DNA of 63,706 bases, filler included, from Octopus bimaculoides (lineage: Eukaryota), in NCBI RefSeq assembly GCF_001194135.2. It is 7 parts of 7 records of this genome, joined end to end, with 100 filler letters (N's around TTAATTAATTAA, not from the genome) between each part and the next. Parts side by side here need not be neighbours in the genome. Positions count along the whole stretch, not along the records: positions 59,380 to 62,283 come from NC_068982.1; positions 62,384 to 63,706 come from NW_026404851.1; 5 more parts are not named here. One strand, 5' to 3'. The notes below the pieces were generated by a model, which worked only from the letters and a program-made list of their open reading frames with translations, was not told where the DNA came from and did no database searches. A program made the position numbers and the translations under genes. Positions within the stretch are counted from its first letter, which is position 1. Every line of letters begins with the position of its first letter. Below are positions 61,596 through 63,706 of the stretch, piece by piece.

Positions 61596-61974
61596 GAATA
61601 CTCATAATATTTTCACTGAAAATATCTCTTCGTCTTGTTTGATTTCCTGTTTTCTTTTTGTAAAATGTGGTGCATTTGCCTTTTCTTTTGTTATTTTTTT
61701 TTACGAACGATATTTTCGCTGTTAATGACTATTCTGAACTCATTTCCTGATTTACCAGTATTTCCAACGCTACTAGTATCTTGTCATTGCAAAATACTTT
61801 CTATTGTGGCTAAGCTGCTTTCATTTCCTCTGGTAAATTACTGCAATATATTATTATTAAATAGATTTTTTTTTCCTACTGCACTTGATCAAGTTTCTTT
61901 TTACTCAGCTAAACTGTAACTACATATTTCGGATCTAGTTTAAAACGGGGGCACCAGTATTTTCTTAACGAAAC

Positions 61975-62230
61975 ACTAACGAAACACTTTGAAACTTGGG
62001 ACACTGGTAGAATGTGTCATATAAAACATCTTTTACTCTTAGTCTTCTTAACAAAAAAAAAAAAGGAATTCGCAAGTTATTCCATGTTAAAGTTGTCGTA
62101 TTTCTGTAATTTCAACCAATCACTGACGTCTATTCAGCTGAATAGAGTTACTGCTGGGCGGTCATAAAAATGTTATTCCCTGTGACATATTTCATCCGGT
62201 TTAATCGTAATTTATACGCATATATTGTTT
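61975..62230. repeat. Unclassified dispersed repeat, copy 2
   Basis: Collinear with 50515-50770. Confidence 0.75.
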
Positions 62231-62673
62231 ATATAATAAATTACGCTGTGCGTATCTATGTGTGTAACAATTTTAGAGTTCGGNNNNNNNNNNNNNNNNN
62301 NNNNNNNNNNNNNNNNNNNNNNNNNNNTTAATTAATTAANNNNNNNNNNNNNNNNNNNNNNNNNNNNNNNNNNNNNNNNNNNNTGTATATATATATATAT
62401 ATATGTTCTTAGAACCTTCAGCCAACAGTGCATGTTGGAGTCGTTGCAATACCAATTGAGATTGAGGCATGCTCTCTCATTAGACAATAACTCAGTGTAA
62501 CAGGTAGAAATATGCCATCTTTACCGACGGCCTTTCATTAGCTTTTCTGCCTCATCCACTATAAAAATACACTTTTCATGGATAATGTACCTTGATGTTA
62601 TTTTCTGCACCATTCTCTGAATACTTCTCATTGGGCAGTATTAATTTGGAAAGCGCTAATATGCATATATTCA

Positions 62674-62674
<1 letters not shown>

Positions 62675-62752
<78 letters not shown>
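62675..62752. repeat. (TATC)n microsatellite
   Basis: Directly visible. Confidence 0.95.
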
Positions 62753-62754
<2 letters not shown>

Positions 62755-63706
62755 GGCTACCTAGCTGACATGTATATGTGTGTACGTGCACATCTGTTAG
62801 TATGTTTATGTATGTATGTGACTATTTGTATGTATATTTAAAGGCGCCTATTTTGTAAGTGTTAATTTTGTTAGCAACAAAATTTGAAACGTTTTTAAAG
62901 CAAGTAAAAATATCATCTAAGTTTGTCATCCTCGAAGCATGACTTGCATAGAAAAGCAAATTAAATTTAATTATAAATAAATTCACACTCAATTGGAAGT
63001 ATATATCGTTTTTGCTATCTAAGTTATGTAAGTGCAATATAATAAGAAATGCACCATTTGTGAATTGGTGACATCTCATAGCAATTATATTTTCATCAAT
63101 ATCCCATAGCCTATACTTTTATTATCCTTTATTTTATAGTTCAATACGCAGTGCGATCATTAAAATCGCATAGGAAGGACAATGTGTCATTGAAGTTTAA
63201 ATTGTTTCAAATAAAATATATTCAAAATGAAATATTATAAAGATGTTTTATGCAAATCTATTTCTTTGCAACTTTGATATTGATACATATGACTGTAAAT
63301 GCTGTATTTTCAACGGTATTAAAATGAATATATATTAAACGCTCTTCCTTCAACCAGTATATGCAAAACAATTGAAAAACTAGGCTGGCATCTGTGGCGT
63401 AATGTTTTTGACAGTATAATCAATCATATACGAAATACTTCATATTCTTTCAATTGGAATTTCCTAGTCTATAAATATGACTATGAATCGGATCAGGTAG
63501 TGAAAGAAAAAAGCAGCAGAAAAAGCATGTTACGATAAAATCAATATTTCTTTGTTTACTTCAAATTCATTAGAGGTAATCAAATTACACACACACACAC
63601 ATACGCATACACACACACACGGGTGTGCACACACGCACAAACAGGCATATATATATACATATATATGTATATGCGTTTGTATATATATATATATATATAT
63701 ATATAT

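Overview
AT-rich, microsatellite- and transposon-dense animal genomic DNA with many assembly gaps. From the repeat content it is probably a coleoid cephalopod such as Octopus (my inference, not shown by the sequence). The main result is one intact spliced gene on the minus strand. Two ORF-track fragments 6.3 kb apart (12041-11345 and 4996-4710) join through a canonical GT-AG phase-1 intron into an uninterrupted 327-aa protein derived from a Merlin/IS1595 (ISXO2-like) transposase. It keeps a zinc-ribbon-like N-terminus, has altered active-site motifs (D178/D239/D276 rather than DDE), and I saw no terminal inverted repeats. This makes it a candidate domesticated transposase host gene. The window also holds a selenocysteine tRNA gene (28220-28306) with three stem mismatches and Penelope-associated minimal hammerhead ribozyme motifs, including an inverted double one with a CCGACGA core. 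Three head-to-tail R4/Dong-like retrotransposon pieces sit in (TACA)n microsatellites, and there is an interstitial telomere-like array. The rest is decayed CR1, Tx1/L1, RTE, Penelope and Tc1/mariner elements plus three recurring tRNA-headed SINE families. Mobile-element boundaries are approximate and all translations and alignments were done by eye.
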